In this document: positions 32,626 through 44,203 of the stretch, in pieces
How positions within the stretch are numbered: position 1 is the stretch's first letter
Layout: each line of letters begins with the position of its first letter
DNA from: Acidimicrobiia bacterium
GTDB taxonomy: Bacteria; Actinomycetota; Acidimicrobiia; Acidimicrobiales; VFJN01
Direction of reading: 5' to 3'
NCBI GenBank assembly: GCA_046565645.1
Contig: JBKHYD010000015.1
Span: 114,268-178,267 of the forward strand
DNA length: 64,000 nt
Program-made: the position numbers and the translations under genes
The notes under the pieces: model-generated
What the model was told of the DNA's origin: nothing
Database searches by the model: none
Seen by the model: the letters and a program-made list of their open reading frames with translations, nothing else

Positions 32626-34152
32626 CTAGGTCGGGGCCGCTGCGCCGGGGTCGAAGAGCGAGAGCAGCGCCGCCTTCTGCACCTTGTTCGTGCCGGTGCG
32701 AGGCAGCTCGTCGACCACCACGACCCGCTTCGGGACCTTGTAGTCGGCGAGGTGCTCATCGACGAACCCGATGATCGCCGCCTCATCCCCCGTCGCGCCC
32801 GCCCGGAGCCGCACCACCGCCACGGGCAGCTCTCCGAGCCGGTCGTCGGGCAGCCCGACGACGGCCGCCTCGACGACGTCGGGGTGCTGCTCCAAGCACT
32901 GCTCGACCTCGAGGGCGTAGACGGAGTAGCCGCCGTGCTTGATGACGTGCTTGGCCCGACCCTCGAACACCAGCAACCCGAGCGGACCCTGGCGGGCGAG
33001 GTCCCCCGTGCGCAGCCAGCCGTCCTCGGTGATGACCGCGGCGGTGGCGGCGTCGTCGCCCCGGTAGCCCCTGAGGACCCCGGGCCCCTTGACCTGGAGC
33101 TCGCCGACCGACCCGGCGGGGAGCGGCTGGCCGTGCTCGTCGACCACCCGCAGGTCGTAGCCGGGGAGGGCGATCCCGAGGGCCTCGCCGAAGGGCCCCG
33201 AGGACGTCGACAGGAACGGCGGCGAGAGCTTGGCCGCCACCCCGCCGCCCACCTCGACCATCCCGTAGGCCTCGGCGAACGCCGCCTCGCCGAACCCGCC
33301 GAGCAGGGGGAGGCTGACGGTGGCCCCCATCTCCTTGAACCGCTGAGCCAGATCAGGGGGCATGGCGTCGGCGCCCGAGGCCCAGAGCCGGATCGAGGTC
33401 AGGTCCCGGTCGGCGGCGCCGGCCTCCTCGAGCATGCGGTACATGGCCGGCACGCCGATGAACACCGTGGCGCGGCGCGACTCGATGGCGTCGAGGACGG
33501 CCACCGGGTTGAAGCGCGGCAGCAGGTAGGCGGGGATCCCCGCCGCTCCGAGGCCGAGGAGCACCACGAAGCCCATGATGTGGGCGACGGGCAGGGAGAT
33601 GACCGCCTCGTCGCGCCGCAGCGCCGCCGGCCAGGCCACCGCGCTGAGAACCTGGCCCACCAGGGCCCGGTGGGTGAGCTCGACGCCCTTGGGCGAACCG
33701 GTGGTGCCCGACGTGTAGAAGAGCGCGGCCACGTCGTCGGGGGCGGCCGGATGGGCGTCCGCCAGCGGCGGGTCCCCGTCGACCTCGCTGGCGCTGCGGA
33801 GCACGAGCGTGGCACCCGAGTCGGCGACGACGTGCGCGATCTCCTCCCGACGCATCCGGTCGTTGACCGGCGCCGGCAGGCACCCGGCCCTCGAGGCGGC
33901 CAGGCAGAGGAGCAGCTGCTCGTAGCCGTTGCGGGCGTTCACCACCACGACATCGCCCGGCGTCGTGCGGGCGGCGATGCCTCCGGCCCAGCGCCGGACC
34001 CGCTTGGCCGCCTGCCGGTGCGTGAGGGTCAGGCCGTCGGGCTCCTCCACGAGCCGACGGGTGCCGTGGACGCGCTCGAGGCGGTCCATCCAGGTCCCGA
34101 GCGTGGCGTCCCGCCGCACGAGGAGTGCGGCGCGCTCGAAGGTCCGCACCAT
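32626..34152 (-). CDS. AMP-dependent acyl-CoA synthetase/ligase
   Basis: YTSGTTGSPKG, AYGMVE, WLRTGDL, IKHGGYSVYALEVE, LPRTGTNKVQK. Confidence 0.93.
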   Translation of the reverse strand: MVRTFERAALLVRRDATLGTWMDRLERVHGTRRLVEEPDGLTLTHRQAAKRVRRWAGGIAARTTPGDVVVVNARNGYEQLLLCLAASRAGCLPAPVNDRMRREEIAHVVADSGATLVLRSASEVDGDPPLADAHPAAPDDVAALFYTSGTTGSPKGVELTHRALVGQVLSAVAWPAALRRDEAVISLPVAHIMGFVVLLGLGAAGIPAYLLPRFNPVAVLDAIESRRATVFIGVPAMYRMLEEAGAADRDLTSIRLWASGADAMPPDLAQRFKEMGATVSLPLLGGFGEAAFAEAYGMVEVGGGVAAKLSPPFLSTSSGPFGEALGIALPGYDLRVVDEHGQPLPAGSVGELQVKGPGVLRGYRGDDAATAAVITEDGWLRTGDLARQGPLGLLVFEGRAKHVIKHGGYSVYALEVEQCLEQHPDVVEAAVVGLPDDRLGELPVAVVRLRAGATGDEAAIIGFVDEHLADYKVPKRVVVVDELPRTGTNKVQKAALLSLFDPGAAAPT

Positions 34153-34209
34153 GACACCGGTCTATCTGCCCGCCTCGGGCGTCGCCAGACAGCGGCCCCG
34201 GGATGGCGC

Positions 34210-36486
34210 TCAGAGCTTCTTGAGCGGGGCCCAGGAGAGGAGGAGGCGCTTCTCCCCCACGGTGGGGAAGCGGATGACGATCTCGGCCTTGTCGCCCTCG
34301 CCGTCGAGGTGGAGCACGACGCCCTCCCCGAAGGAGGCATGGACGACGTCGTCGCCCACCTTGATGCCGAGCGCCTCGGCACCGTGCTTGGCCGGCCCGG
34401 TGCTGGTGCCGCCCTGGCTGGTGGGCCGCTGCCCGGCCCGCAGGGCGGCTTCCACCATCCGCTCCCGGTTCGCGCTGCTCCCCCGGCCCTGCGACCCGTA
34501 CCCGGACCCGCCGCCCGAGCCGTACCCGCCGGCGCCGTAGGTGCGGCCGCCCCGGCTGGCCCGGCGCTGCTCGACGGCCTTCACGAGGTGCTCGGGGATC
34601 TCGTCGAGGAAGCGGCTGGGCGGGTTGTACTGGGTGCCACCGTAGAGGGTGCGGCTCCAGGCGTGGCTCAGGTAGAGGCGCTCCTGGGCCCGGGTGAGGG
34701 CCACGTAGGCGAGGCGCCGCTCCTCCTCGAGCTCGTCGGGCTCGCCGATGGAGCGCAGGTGCGGGAACACGCCGTCCTCCAGCCCGATGATGAACACGGC
34801 CGGGAACTCGAGGCCCTTGGCGGCGTGGATGGTCATGAGCACGACCTGGCTGTCGTCGCCGTCGATCTCGTCGGCGTCGGCCACCAGGCTGACCTGCTCC
34901 AGGAACGTCTCGGTCGACTCGGCGTCCTGGGCCGAGCCGACCAGCTCGGCCAGGTTCTCGAGCCGGCCCTCGGCCTCGATCGTGCGCTCGGTCCGGAGCT
35001 CGTCGAGGTAGCCGCTGCGCTCCAGCAGCGCCTCGAGGAGCGGGGCCGGCCTGTCGTCGTGGGCCAGCTCGTCGACGCTGTCGAGCAGGAAGAGGAACTG
35101 CAGGATCCCCTTGGCCGCCTTGCCGCCCACGCCGGCGTCGTCGGCCCTCCGCAGGGCCTCCATGAACGAGAGGCCCCGGGCCGAGGCGTAGGCGTCGAGC
35201 TTGCCGACGCTGCTGTCGCCCACGCCCCGCTTCGGGGTGTTCAGCACGCGCTTCACGGACACCTCGTCGGCCGGGTTGACGACCGCCTTCAGGTAGGCGA
35301 GGGCGTCCTTCACCTCCCGCCGGTCGTAGAAGCGGGTGCCGCCGATGACCTTGTACGGCACGCCGTGGCGGGCCAGCGCCTCCTCCAGCACCCGGCTCTG
35401 GGCGTTAGTCCGGTAGAAGACGGCGATGTCGCCCCAGCGGTGCTCGCCGCCGTCGTGCAGGCGCGCGATCTCCCGGGTGACCCACTGGGCCTCGTCCACC
35501 TCGTCGTCCCCGTGGTACCGCACGATCGGGTGGCCGTCCCCCCGATCGGTCCAGAGCTCCTTGGGCTTGCGGGACAGGTTGTTGGCGATGACGGCGTTGG
35601 CGGCGTCGAGGATCGTCTGCGTGGACCGGTAGTTCTGCTCCAGCACGACGACGGTGACCTCGGGGAACGCATCCTCGAACTCGAGGATGTTCCGCATGTC
35701 CGCTCCCCGGAAGCGATAGATCGACTGGTCTCCGTCGCCGACGACGCAGACGTTGCGGTGGGCCTGGGTGAGGAGGAGGACGAGCTCGTTCTGGACGGGG
35801 TTGGTGTCCTGGTACTCGTCGACGAGGACGTGCTTGAAGCGGCGCTGGTAGTGCTCGAGCAGGTCGGGGTTGCGCTTGAACAGCTGGACGGCGTTGCCGA
35901 GCAGGTCGTCGAAGTCCATGGCGCCGGCTCGGTGGAGGCGGGCCTGGTACTCGGTGAAGACGTCGGCGATCTTGCGCTCGTAGATGACCTGGGCCCGCTC
36001 GGCGAACTCGGTGGCGCTGAGGCCGTCGTTCTTGGCCGCGCTGATGGTGGCGTGGACCGAGCGGGGCGGGAAGCGCTTCGGGTCGAGCCCGAGGTCCCGG
36101 ATGACGTAGCCAGTGAGCCGGTTGGCGTCGGCCTGGTCGTAGATCGTGAACGCCTTGGGGAAGCCGAGCCGGTCGGCATCGCGCCGCAGGATCCGCACGC
36201 AGGCCGAGTGGAACGTGGAGACCCACATCTTCTCCGCCACCGGGCCCACGAGCGCCGCCACCCGCTGCTTCATCTCGTCGGCCGCCTTGTTGGTGAAGGT
36301 GATGGCCAGGATCTCGAACGGGCTGACCCCGTGCTCGCGGATGAGGTGGGCGATGCGGTGGGTGAGGACGCGGGTCTTGCCGGAGCCGGCGCCGGCCACG
36401 ATGAGGAGCGGGCCTTCGGTGTGGGTGACCGCCTCCCACTGCACGGGGTTGAGGCCCTGGGCGAGGGGATCGGCCGCGTCGCTCAT
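34210..36486 (-). CDS. pcrA: ATP-dependent DNA helicase PcrA/UvrD
   Basis: AGAGSGKT, VDEYQDTN, GDGDQSIY, EQNYRS, TIHAAKGLEF, EERRLAYVA; C-terminal Tudor-like domain. Confidence 0.97.
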   Translation of the reverse strand: MSDAADPLAQGLNPVQWEAVTHTEGPLLIVAGAGSGKTRVLTHRIAHLIREHGVSPFEILAITFTNKAADEMKQRVAALVGPVAEKMWVSTFHSACVRILRRDADRLGFPKAFTIYDQADANRLTGYVIRDLGLDPKRFPPRSVHATISAAKNDGLSATEFAERAQVIYERKIADVFTEYQARLHRAGAMDFDDLLGNAVQLFKRNPDLLEHYQRRFKHVLVDEYQDTNPVQNELVLLLTQAHRNVCVVGDGDQSIYRFRGADMRNILEFEDAFPEVTVVVLEQNYRSTQTILDAANAVIANNLSRKPKELWTDRGDGHPIVRYHGDDEVDEAQWVTREIARLHDGGEHRWGDIAVFYRTNAQSRVLEEALARHGVPYKVIGGTRFYDRREVKDALAYLKAVVNPADEVSVKRVLNTPKRGVGDSSVGKLDAYASARGLSFMEALRRADDAGVGGKAAKGILQFLFLLDSVDELAHDDRPAPLLEALLERSGYLDELRTERTIEAEGRLENLAELVGSAQDAESTETFLEQVSLVADADEIDGDDSQVVLMTIHAAKGLEFPAVFIIGLEDGVFPHLRSIGEPDELEEERRLAYVALTRAQERLYLSHAWSRTLYGGTQYNPPSRFLDEIPEHLVKAVEQRRASRGGRTYGAGGYGSGGGSGYGSQGRGSSANRERMVEAALRAGQRPTSQGGTSTGPAKHGAEALGIKVGDDVVHASFGEGVVLHLDGEGDKAEIVIRFPTVGEKRLLLSWAPLKKL

Positions 36487-36543
36487 GAGGAGGCAAGCCT
36501 ACCGGTGGGGTCCGACAGCCCGAGGCGGCTAGAACCGTGCCTG

Positions 36544-37407
36544 ATGCAGCTCCACAAGCTCACCTCCACCGACGGGTTCATCGTGTTCGACCTCGACGAT
36601 GCCCCCGCCGTCGGCATCGTGCGACTCGCCCCCAAGGTGCTGCGGGACGGAGCCGAGCTGCTGGCCCGGTCCACCACCTATGCGGCCGCCAGCTTCGGGC
36701 TGCAGCTGCGGGGCGCCAGCGGGGCCATCAACGCCAAGCCCGACGACCGGGACGCCGCCGTGGCCGCCTTCCTGGCCGAGGTGACCGAGCTGGTGGAGAC
36801 GGACCGCTGGCTGCCCGGCCCCGGCCTTGGGGTGACGCCCGACGACCTGGCTCCGCTGCCCAGGGCCGAGCAGCGGGCCGTCGCCTTCGACCAGACGGCC
36901 ACGGGCGAGAGCGCCGTGGCCGCCGCCGCCGGAGCGCTCGGATCGCTGGGCGGCGCCCGGGTGGCCATCGTCGGCAGCGGCCCGGTGGCCGAGGCCGCCG
37001 CCGCCGCGGCCGCCGCCCGGGGCGCCACTGCCGAGCCCGATGCGGGCATGGACGCCGACTGCGACGTGCTGCTGGTGGCCGGCAAGGCCGGCGCGCTGGA
37101 GCACGACCTGGCCGCCACGGTGAAGGCTCGGGTGGTGGTGCCGCTCACACCGGTGCCGGTGACGGCGCGTGCGCTGGCCGTGCTGGGACGGGGCGGCACG
37201 GTCGTGGTGCCCGACTTCCTGTCCACCGCGGCGCCGCTCCTCGCCGCCTTCGCCCCCGACGGCGGCGAACCTCTCGAGCGCGTCGAGACCTCGGTGGCGG
37301 AGCTGGCCGGCGAGGGAACCGGTCTGTGGATGGCCGCCTGCCTGCGGGCTGAGGGCTTCCTGCGCACCTGGCAGAGCGAGCTCCCCTTCGGCCGCCCCCT
37401 GGCCTGA
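36544..37407 (+). CDS. Glu/Leu/Phe/Val dehydrogenase-like protein, catalytically degenerate
   Basis: LARSTTYAAA / RGASGAI align with LARGMTYK / GGGK but lack both Lys; Rossmann-like VAIVGSGPVA and VVPDF; 3' part of track ORF 32752..37407. Confidence 0.75.
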   Translation: MQLHKLTSTDGFIVFDLDDAPAVGIVRLAPKVLRDGAELLARSTTYAAASFGLQLRGASGAINAKPDDRDAAVAAFLAEVTELVETDRWLPGPGLGVTPDDLAPLPRAEQRAVAFDQTATGESAVAAAAGALGSLGGARVAIVGSGPVAEAAAAAAAARGATAEPDAGMDADCDVLLVAGKAGALEHDLAATVKARVVVPLTPVPVTARALAVLGRGGTVVVPDFLSTAAPLLAAFAPDGGEPLERVETSVAELAGEGTGLWMAACLRAEGFLRTWQSELPFGRPLA

Positions 37408-37467
37408 CCGTCGGCCCCGAGCGCCTGACCGGCCGACCGTCGCTCGGCCGAGCGCCAGCGCAGCCGA

Positions 37468-38268
37468 TCAGGAGGCGGGGTCGAGGAGGCGGGTGCGGAG
37501 GAGGTCGAGGACCTGCTGGAGGGCGTCGTGGGTGGGCTGGCCTGGTTCGTCGATCAGGTGCTCGGTGAGCACGGAGTGGGCCATGCGGGGGTGGCCCCAC
37601 GGGTTGCCCTTGGACGAGTCGATCTCGACGGCGACGAACCGGTCGCCGAGCGCCTCTCGGAGGTGGGTGAAGCGCTCCCGAGGCACGAGCGGGTCGTGGC
37701 TGAAGCGCAGTCCCAGCACGCAGAGATCGGGCTCCTCGGCCATCCGAGCCTGGACGGCGGCGAGGTCGTCGTCGCTCAGGTAGAGCGCCCGCCTGGCCTT
37801 GGCGGTCACGCCGAGCGGGAGTGAGGGCTGGCTCATGACCGGAGCCGCCACCGCAGGGTCGGGGGCCATCGCCAGCGCGAAGTTCCCGGTGAAGCACATG
37901 CCGACCACCCCGACCCCGGGGCCCCCGCAGCGCTCGTGCTCGTGACGGGCGAGGGCCTTGCACCACTCCACCACGGGGCTGGTTCGGTTGGTGGCCCAGG
38001 CCGAGAACTCCCGTGACACGCAGGCCGGCCCGATCGAGCGGACCATGGCCACCGGGGAGGGCTCGCCGCCGGGCTCCCCGAAGAGGTGAGGGAGCACGGC
38101 CGTGCAGCCGAGGTCGACGACCCGGTCGGCGAAGTCGATCACCTTCGGGGTGATCCCGGGGATCTCGGCGAGGACGATGACCGCCGGACCGGTCCCCCGT
38201 CGGTAGACGGCGCGCTGCTTGCCGCCGTGCGTGAAGGTGTCCTGGTCGTAGCGCTCGAGCGTCCCCAT
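37468..38268 (-). CDS. Dienelactone hydrolase family protein
   Basis: EIPGITP, GVVGMCFTG (Cys nucleophile), D..VP, HSVLT. Confidence 0.88.
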   Translation of the reverse strand: MGTLERYDQDTFTHGGKQRAVYRRGTGPAVIVLAEIPGITPKVIDFADRVVDLGCTAVLPHLFGEPGGEPSPVAMVRSIGPACVSREFSAWATNRTSPVVEWCKALARHEHERCGGPGVGVVGMCFTGNFALAMAPDPAVAAPVMSQPSLPLGVTAKARRALYLSDDDLAAVQARMAEEPDLCVLGLRFSHDPLVPRERFTHLREALGDRFVAVEIDSSKGNPWGHPRMAHSVLTEHLIDEPGQPTHDALQQVLDLLRTRLLDPAS

Positions 38269-38385
38269 CGGGCCGGCACCGTACCGCCCCGCGGCCCCTC
38301 CCAGCCGTCCCGGACGGCGGCCGGACCCGGGAGCTGGCGCGCCCCCGGGCGTGAGGGGCGTGCGGGCACCGGCCAGACTCGGCGG

Positions 38386-39315
38386 ATGCGCCCGTTCCGG
38401 TTCGGCATCCAGTGCAAGGGCCCGGCTGACGCGGCCGGGTGGGCGGAGCTGGCCCGCAAGGTCGAGGACCTCGGCTGGTCGACGCTGACGGTGGCCGACC
38501 ACCTCGGCGAGCCCCTGGCCCCGATGCCCGCCCTCGTCGCGGCCGCCGATGCGACGACGTCGCTGCGGGTGGGGACGATGGTCCTGGCCAACGACTACCG
38601 GCACCCGGTGGTGCTGGCCAAGGAGGCGGCGACGCTCGACGTGCTGACCGGCGGCCGCTTCGAGCTCGGGATCGGCGCGGGCTGGATGACGGCGGACTAC
38701 GAGCCGGCGGGCATCCCGTTCGACCGGCCCGGGGTGCGGATCGCCCGCCTGGGCGAGGCCCTCACCGTGCTGCGGGGGGCCTGGGCGGGCGGGCCCTTCT
38801 CGTTCCACGGCGACCACTACCGCGTGACCGACCTCGAGCTCCCGCCCGTCCCGGTCACGCCGGGCGGGCCGCCGATCGTCATCGGAGGCGGCGGCGAGCG
38901 GGTGCTCCGCCTGGCCGCCGAGCAGGCCGACGTCGTGGCCCTCAACGTGAACCTGAGGGCCGGCGTGATCGACGAGCGGGCCTTCCCCGACGGCACCCCG
39001 GAGTCGACCGACCGCAAGGTGGGCTGGATCCGCGACGCCGCCGGCGACCGGTTCGGCGACGTCGAGCTCCAGGTCCGCGTGCACCTGGCGATGGTCACGA
39101 ACGACCGGGCGGGCGTGATCGAGCAGCTGGCCCCGGCGTTCGGGCTCACCCCGGAGGAGGCGGCGGCCACCCCGCACGCGCTCATCGGCTCGGTGGAGGA
39201 GATCTGCGACCAGCTGCTCGAGCGCCGCGACCGCTGGGGGATCAGCTACCTCGGCCTCTCCCACGACCAGCTCGACGCCTTCGCTCCCGTCGTCGCCCGC
39301 CTGGCCGGCACCTGA
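38386..39315 (+). CDS. LLM-class F420-dependent oxidoreductase
   Basis: MRPFRFG, TVADHL, NDYRHPVVLAKEAATLDVLTGGRFELGIGAGW. Confidence 0.9.
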   Translation: MRPFRFGIQCKGPADAAGWAELARKVEDLGWSTLTVADHLGEPLAPMPALVAAADATTSLRVGTMVLANDYRHPVVLAKEAATLDVLTGGRFELGIGAGWMTADYEPAGIPFDRPGVRIARLGEALTVLRGAWAGGPFSFHGDHYRVTDLELPPVPVTPGGPPIVIGGGGERVLRLAAEQADVVALNVNLRAGVIDERAFPDGTPESTDRKVGWIRDAAGDRFGDVELQVRVHLAMVTNDRAGVIEQLAPAFGLTPEEAAATPHALIGSVEEICDQLLERRDRWGISYLGLSHDQLDAFAPVVARLAGT

Positions 39316-39329
39316 CCGGGCCCGACCGG

Positions 39330-39905
39330 TCAGGGACAGGTGGCGTCGAGGGCGAGGCCGACGACGCCCTCGTCGTCGGCGTCGTCGCCGGGGGCGCCGG
39401 CCAGGCCGGCTCCGGAGACGCCGTCCGCTCGCGGCCGCAGCAGCGCGGTGCTGGCCGAGGGGTCGCGCAGGTCGGTGACCTGGCCACCGACCTCGATGCG
39501 CTGGGCCTGGAGGATCCGCGCCGGGTCCTCGTAGGTGATCGTGTCGGTGAAGGTGGTGACCTCGCCCAGGGTGGTGGCGAAGCGCTGCACCTCGACGGTG
39601 AAGGCGTCGCCTCGGGGGGTGGTGCCGGCTCCGCTCACGATCAGCAGGGCCCGGGCCGCCTCCGGCTCGGTGGGATCGGGCTCGAGGCGGCAGCCGGTCA
39701 CCTCGAACGGGTGCGCGGTGCTGCCGACCACGACGCTGCCGGTGCCGGGCTCGCCCGGCGCCGGCGGCTCGGGCGCCGAGGCCGGGGCCAGGTCCGAGGT
39801 GGCGGTGCCGTCGACGGGAGCGGCGTCGTCCGAGGCGCAGCCGGTGAGCAGCACCAGCACGCCCACGACCGCCCATGCCACGACCGCCCACGGGCACACC
39901 CCCAT
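39330..39905 (-). CDS. Putative lipoprotein
   Basis: Hydrophobic leader ending in lipobox LLTGC; start uncertain. Confidence 0.65.
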   Translation of the reverse strand: MGVCPWAVVAWAVVGVLVLLTGCASDDAAPVDGTATSDLAPASAPEPPAPGEPGTGSVVVGSTAHPFEVTGCRLEPDPTEPEAARALLIVSGAGTTPRGDAFTVEVQRFATTLGEVTTFTDTITYEDPARILQAQRIEVGGQVTDLRDPSASTALLRPRADGVSGAGLAGAPGDDADDEGVVGLALDATCP

Positions 39906-39981
39906 GACCGGCACCTCGCGACTCGCACCGCGACGGGCAGCGGCCACTGACGAGCCGAGCTCGGCCGCCATGGGGTCGCGC

Positions 39982-40269
39982 TCAGCCACCAGCGCGGCGG
40001 CGCTTGCGGTCCGCCTTGGTCTGCTTCCAGCGCTGGGCTCGGGCCTCGTACTGGCGGTGCAGCACCCGACCCGGCTGCCAGAGGTACCAGCGGAGCGCGC
40101 CGTAGACGAGGGCGTAGGCGACGAGGAGCAGCGGGTGGACCTCGAAGAGGAGCCAGGCGACCGCCCCGACGAAGAGGCCGACGACGACGTTGTACGGGAA
40201 GGGATGGGCGGCCTGGAGGTCGTCGAGCTTCTCCAGGTTGCTGCGCTCGTCGGGAGCGGGATCGGGCAC
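39982..40269 (-). CDS. Small two-helix membrane protein
   Basis: GTG 5 nt after the guaA stop; two hydrophobic helices and a basic tail. Confidence 0.6.
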   Translation of the reverse strand: MPDPAPDERSNLEKLDDLQAAHPFPYNVVVGLFVGAVAWLLFEVHPLLLVAYALVYGALRWYLWQPGRVLHRQYEARAQRWKQTKADRKRRRAGG

Positions 40270-40274
40270 CGGGC

Positions 40275-41848
<1,574 letters not shown>

Positions 41849-41852
<4 letters not shown>

Positions 41853-42955
41853 CGCAGCGCCACGACCTCTGCCTTCTGGAACTCCTTCACCGTCTCGTAG
41901 CCGCACAGCGCCATGGCGCGGCGGAGGGCGCCGAGGAGGTTGCGGCGGCCGTCGGCCTCGTGGGCCGGGCCGACCAACACCTCTTCGAAGGTGCCCCTCG
42001 GCTCCACGGCCACCCGGTTCCCCCGCGGGAGCGTGGGGTGGACGGCCGTGGTGCCCCAGTGGAAGCCCCGGCCGGGGGCGTCGGACGCGGAGGCGAGCGG
42101 GGTGCCGATCATGACGGCGTCGGCGCCGCAGGCGATGGCCTTGGCGATGTCGCCGCCCGTGCTCATGCCCCCGTCCGCGATCACGTGGACGTAGACGCCG
42201 GTCTCGTCCAGGTGGCGCATGCGGGCCGAGCGGGCATCGGCGATGGCGGTGGCCATCGGGGCTCCGACGCCGAGGACGTGGCGCGTGGTGCCGGCCGCGC
42301 CGGAGCCGGCCCCGACGAGCACGCCGGCGGCGCCGGTGCGCATGAGGTGGAGCGCGGCCTGGTACGAGGTGCACCCGCCGACGATCACGGGGATCTCGTA
42401 GTGGCGGATGAAGTCCTTGAGGTTGAGCGGCTCGGTGCCCCGGGAGACGTGCTCGGCCGACACCACCGTGCCCTGGATGACGAGCAGGTCGGGCTCGGCC
42501 TTCAGGATGTGCGGGGCGAGGGCAAGCGTGTGCTGCGGGCTGACCGCCACCGCCACGGTGACCCCGGCGGCCCGGAGGTCCGCGATGCGCTGCTCCACCA
42601 GCTCGGGCTGGACGGGGGCGGCGTAGACCTCCTGCATCCGGCCGGTGGCCTTCTCGGCCGGGAGGCCGGCGATCTCCTCGAGGATCGGCCCGGCGTCCTC
42701 ATAGCGGGTCCAGAGCCCCTCGAGGTGGAGGACGGCCATGGCTCCGAGCCGGTCGAGCTCGATCGCAGACGCAGGTGACACGACGCTGTCGGCCGGCGAC
42801 GCCATGATCGGCAGGTCGAAGCGGAAGGCGTCGATCTCCCAGGAGATGTCCACGTCTTCCGGATCGCGGGTGCGCCGGCTGGGCACGATCGCGATCTCGT
42901 CGAAGCCGTACGCGCGGCGCCCGGCCTTGCCGATGCCGATCTCCACGTCAGCCAT
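41849..42955 (-). CDS. guaB3: GuaB3-family IMP dehydrogenase-related protein
   Basis: [47 protein letters not shown]; no CBS domains. Confidence 0.88.
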
Positions 42956-43081
42956 GGCTGGGCGCCTCCGAGCCGGTTGGGGGAAGGATCCATCGTAGCC
43001 TGCGGCCCCGGCGGTCCCGGGACTGCGACCCGTCCAGGGACGGCGCTCCCTGCCCCGGGAGGGGCCTCGATCGAGCCCGGC

Positions 43082-44044
43082 TCAGCCGGGGCCGAGCAGG
43101 TCAGCGCAGAACCGGCTGACGTGCTCGACGAGGGCGTCGGGGCGCTCCCAGGGCACGAAGTGTCCGCAGCGCTCGAGGCGGTGGGGACCGTCGTGGTCGG
43201 GGAAGACCACCGCCGCCATCGCCCCGAAGTCCGGGTAGATGACGTGGTCGGAGGGGCCGTGGAGGATGAGCGCCCGCACGTCCGGGTTCCGTCGCAGGCT
43301 CGGCGGCTCGGACTGCTGGGCCAGGTCGAAGGCGCTCTCGTAGGCCTTGAACGAGGCCCGCAGCGAGGCGGGGTCGCCGAAGGGCTCGGTGTGGAAGTCG
43401 ACCTGGTCCGTGCCGCCGAAGGGACTGGCCGGTGCCGGGGCGTCACCCATGAAGGCGCCGGGGTGGGCCCAGAACCGGGACGTGTAGAAGGTGGCCACGT
43501 ACCGGCGGCGCTGGGCGGGGGTGGCGAGGTCGGCAGCCAGCCCGTCGGCGTCGAGGCCCTGGCGGACGAAGTAGTCCGACGCCTCCCGTGCGGGCCGGGT
43601 GGCCAGGCCGGCCATGCGCTCCTTGTCGTAGGGCAGCGGTGAGTTGAAGAGCACGAGTCGGTCGACGAGGCCGGGGAACCGCAGGGCCAGGTCCTGCACG
43701 ATCGGGCCCCCCAGGTCCCCGCCGCAGAGGACCACCCGGTCGTGGCCCAGGCCGTCGGTGAGGAGGGAGTGGAGGTCCCGGCTGTGGGAGGGGACGTCGC
43801 CGAACCCGTCGGGCGCGACGTCGCTGTCCCCGAAGCCGCGGAGGTCCGGGACGATCACCTCGAAGCCGGCGGCGGCCAGCGGCTCGACGACCCGCCACCA
43901 GATGCGCTTGGTCTCGGGCCAGCCGTGGACGCAGAGCAGGGGCACCCCGCCGGGGTTCTCCCGCACGTAGCTCTGTCCGAAGCCCCGGCCCTCGAAGCGG
44001 TGGGTCGCGAAGCGCGTCGGGTCGAGGTCCGGGTCGACGGTCAC
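43082..44044 (-). CDS. Alpha/beta hydrolase (epoxide hydrolase/dehalogenase-like)
   Basis: HGWPE oxyanion motif, GGDLGG (Asp nucleophile), CGHF. Confidence 0.88.
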   Translation of the reverse strand: MTVDPDLDPTRFATHRFEGRGFGQSYVRENPGGVPLLCVHGWPETKRIWWRVVEPLAAAGFEVIVPDLRGFGDSDVAPDGFGDVPSHSRDLHSLLTDGLGHDRVVLCGGDLGGPIVQDLALRFPGLVDRLVLFNSPLPYDKERMAGLATRPAREASDYFVRQGLDADGLAADLATPAQRRRYVATFYTSRFWAHPGAFMGDAPAPASPFGGTDQVDFHTEPFGDPASLRASFKAYESAFDLAQQSEPPSLRRNPDVRALILHGPSDHVIYPDFGAMAAVVFPDHDGPHRLERCGHFVPWERPDALVEHVSRFCADLLGPG

Positions 44045-44141
44045 GAGCCGGAACCTACGCCGACGACCACCTCAGGAGGTGCCGAGCCGATCCGAGCCTG
44101 CAGCGCGCGGCCCGACCCGAAGCCGAAGGAGCCGGGCACCT

Positions 44142-44191
44142 CGGGCTCGGGTCCCCGGGCGCTCCGGGCTCGGGTCCCCCGACGCTCCGGG
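44142..44191. repeat. Short tandem repeat with a ~23-bp period
   Basis: CGGGCTCGGGTCCCC at 44142-44156 and 44165-44179, with CGCTCCGGG recurring. Confidence 0.55.
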
Positions 44192-44203
44192 CGCTCGGGC
44201 GCG

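Noticed and set aside
39330-40274. Genomic island integrated at the guaA 3' end
   Set aside because: No integrase, no duplicated guaA end, and host-like composition.
44142-44191. Functional role for the 23-bp tandem repeat
   Set aside because: About two copies of low-complexity GC sequence; compatible with local slippage.
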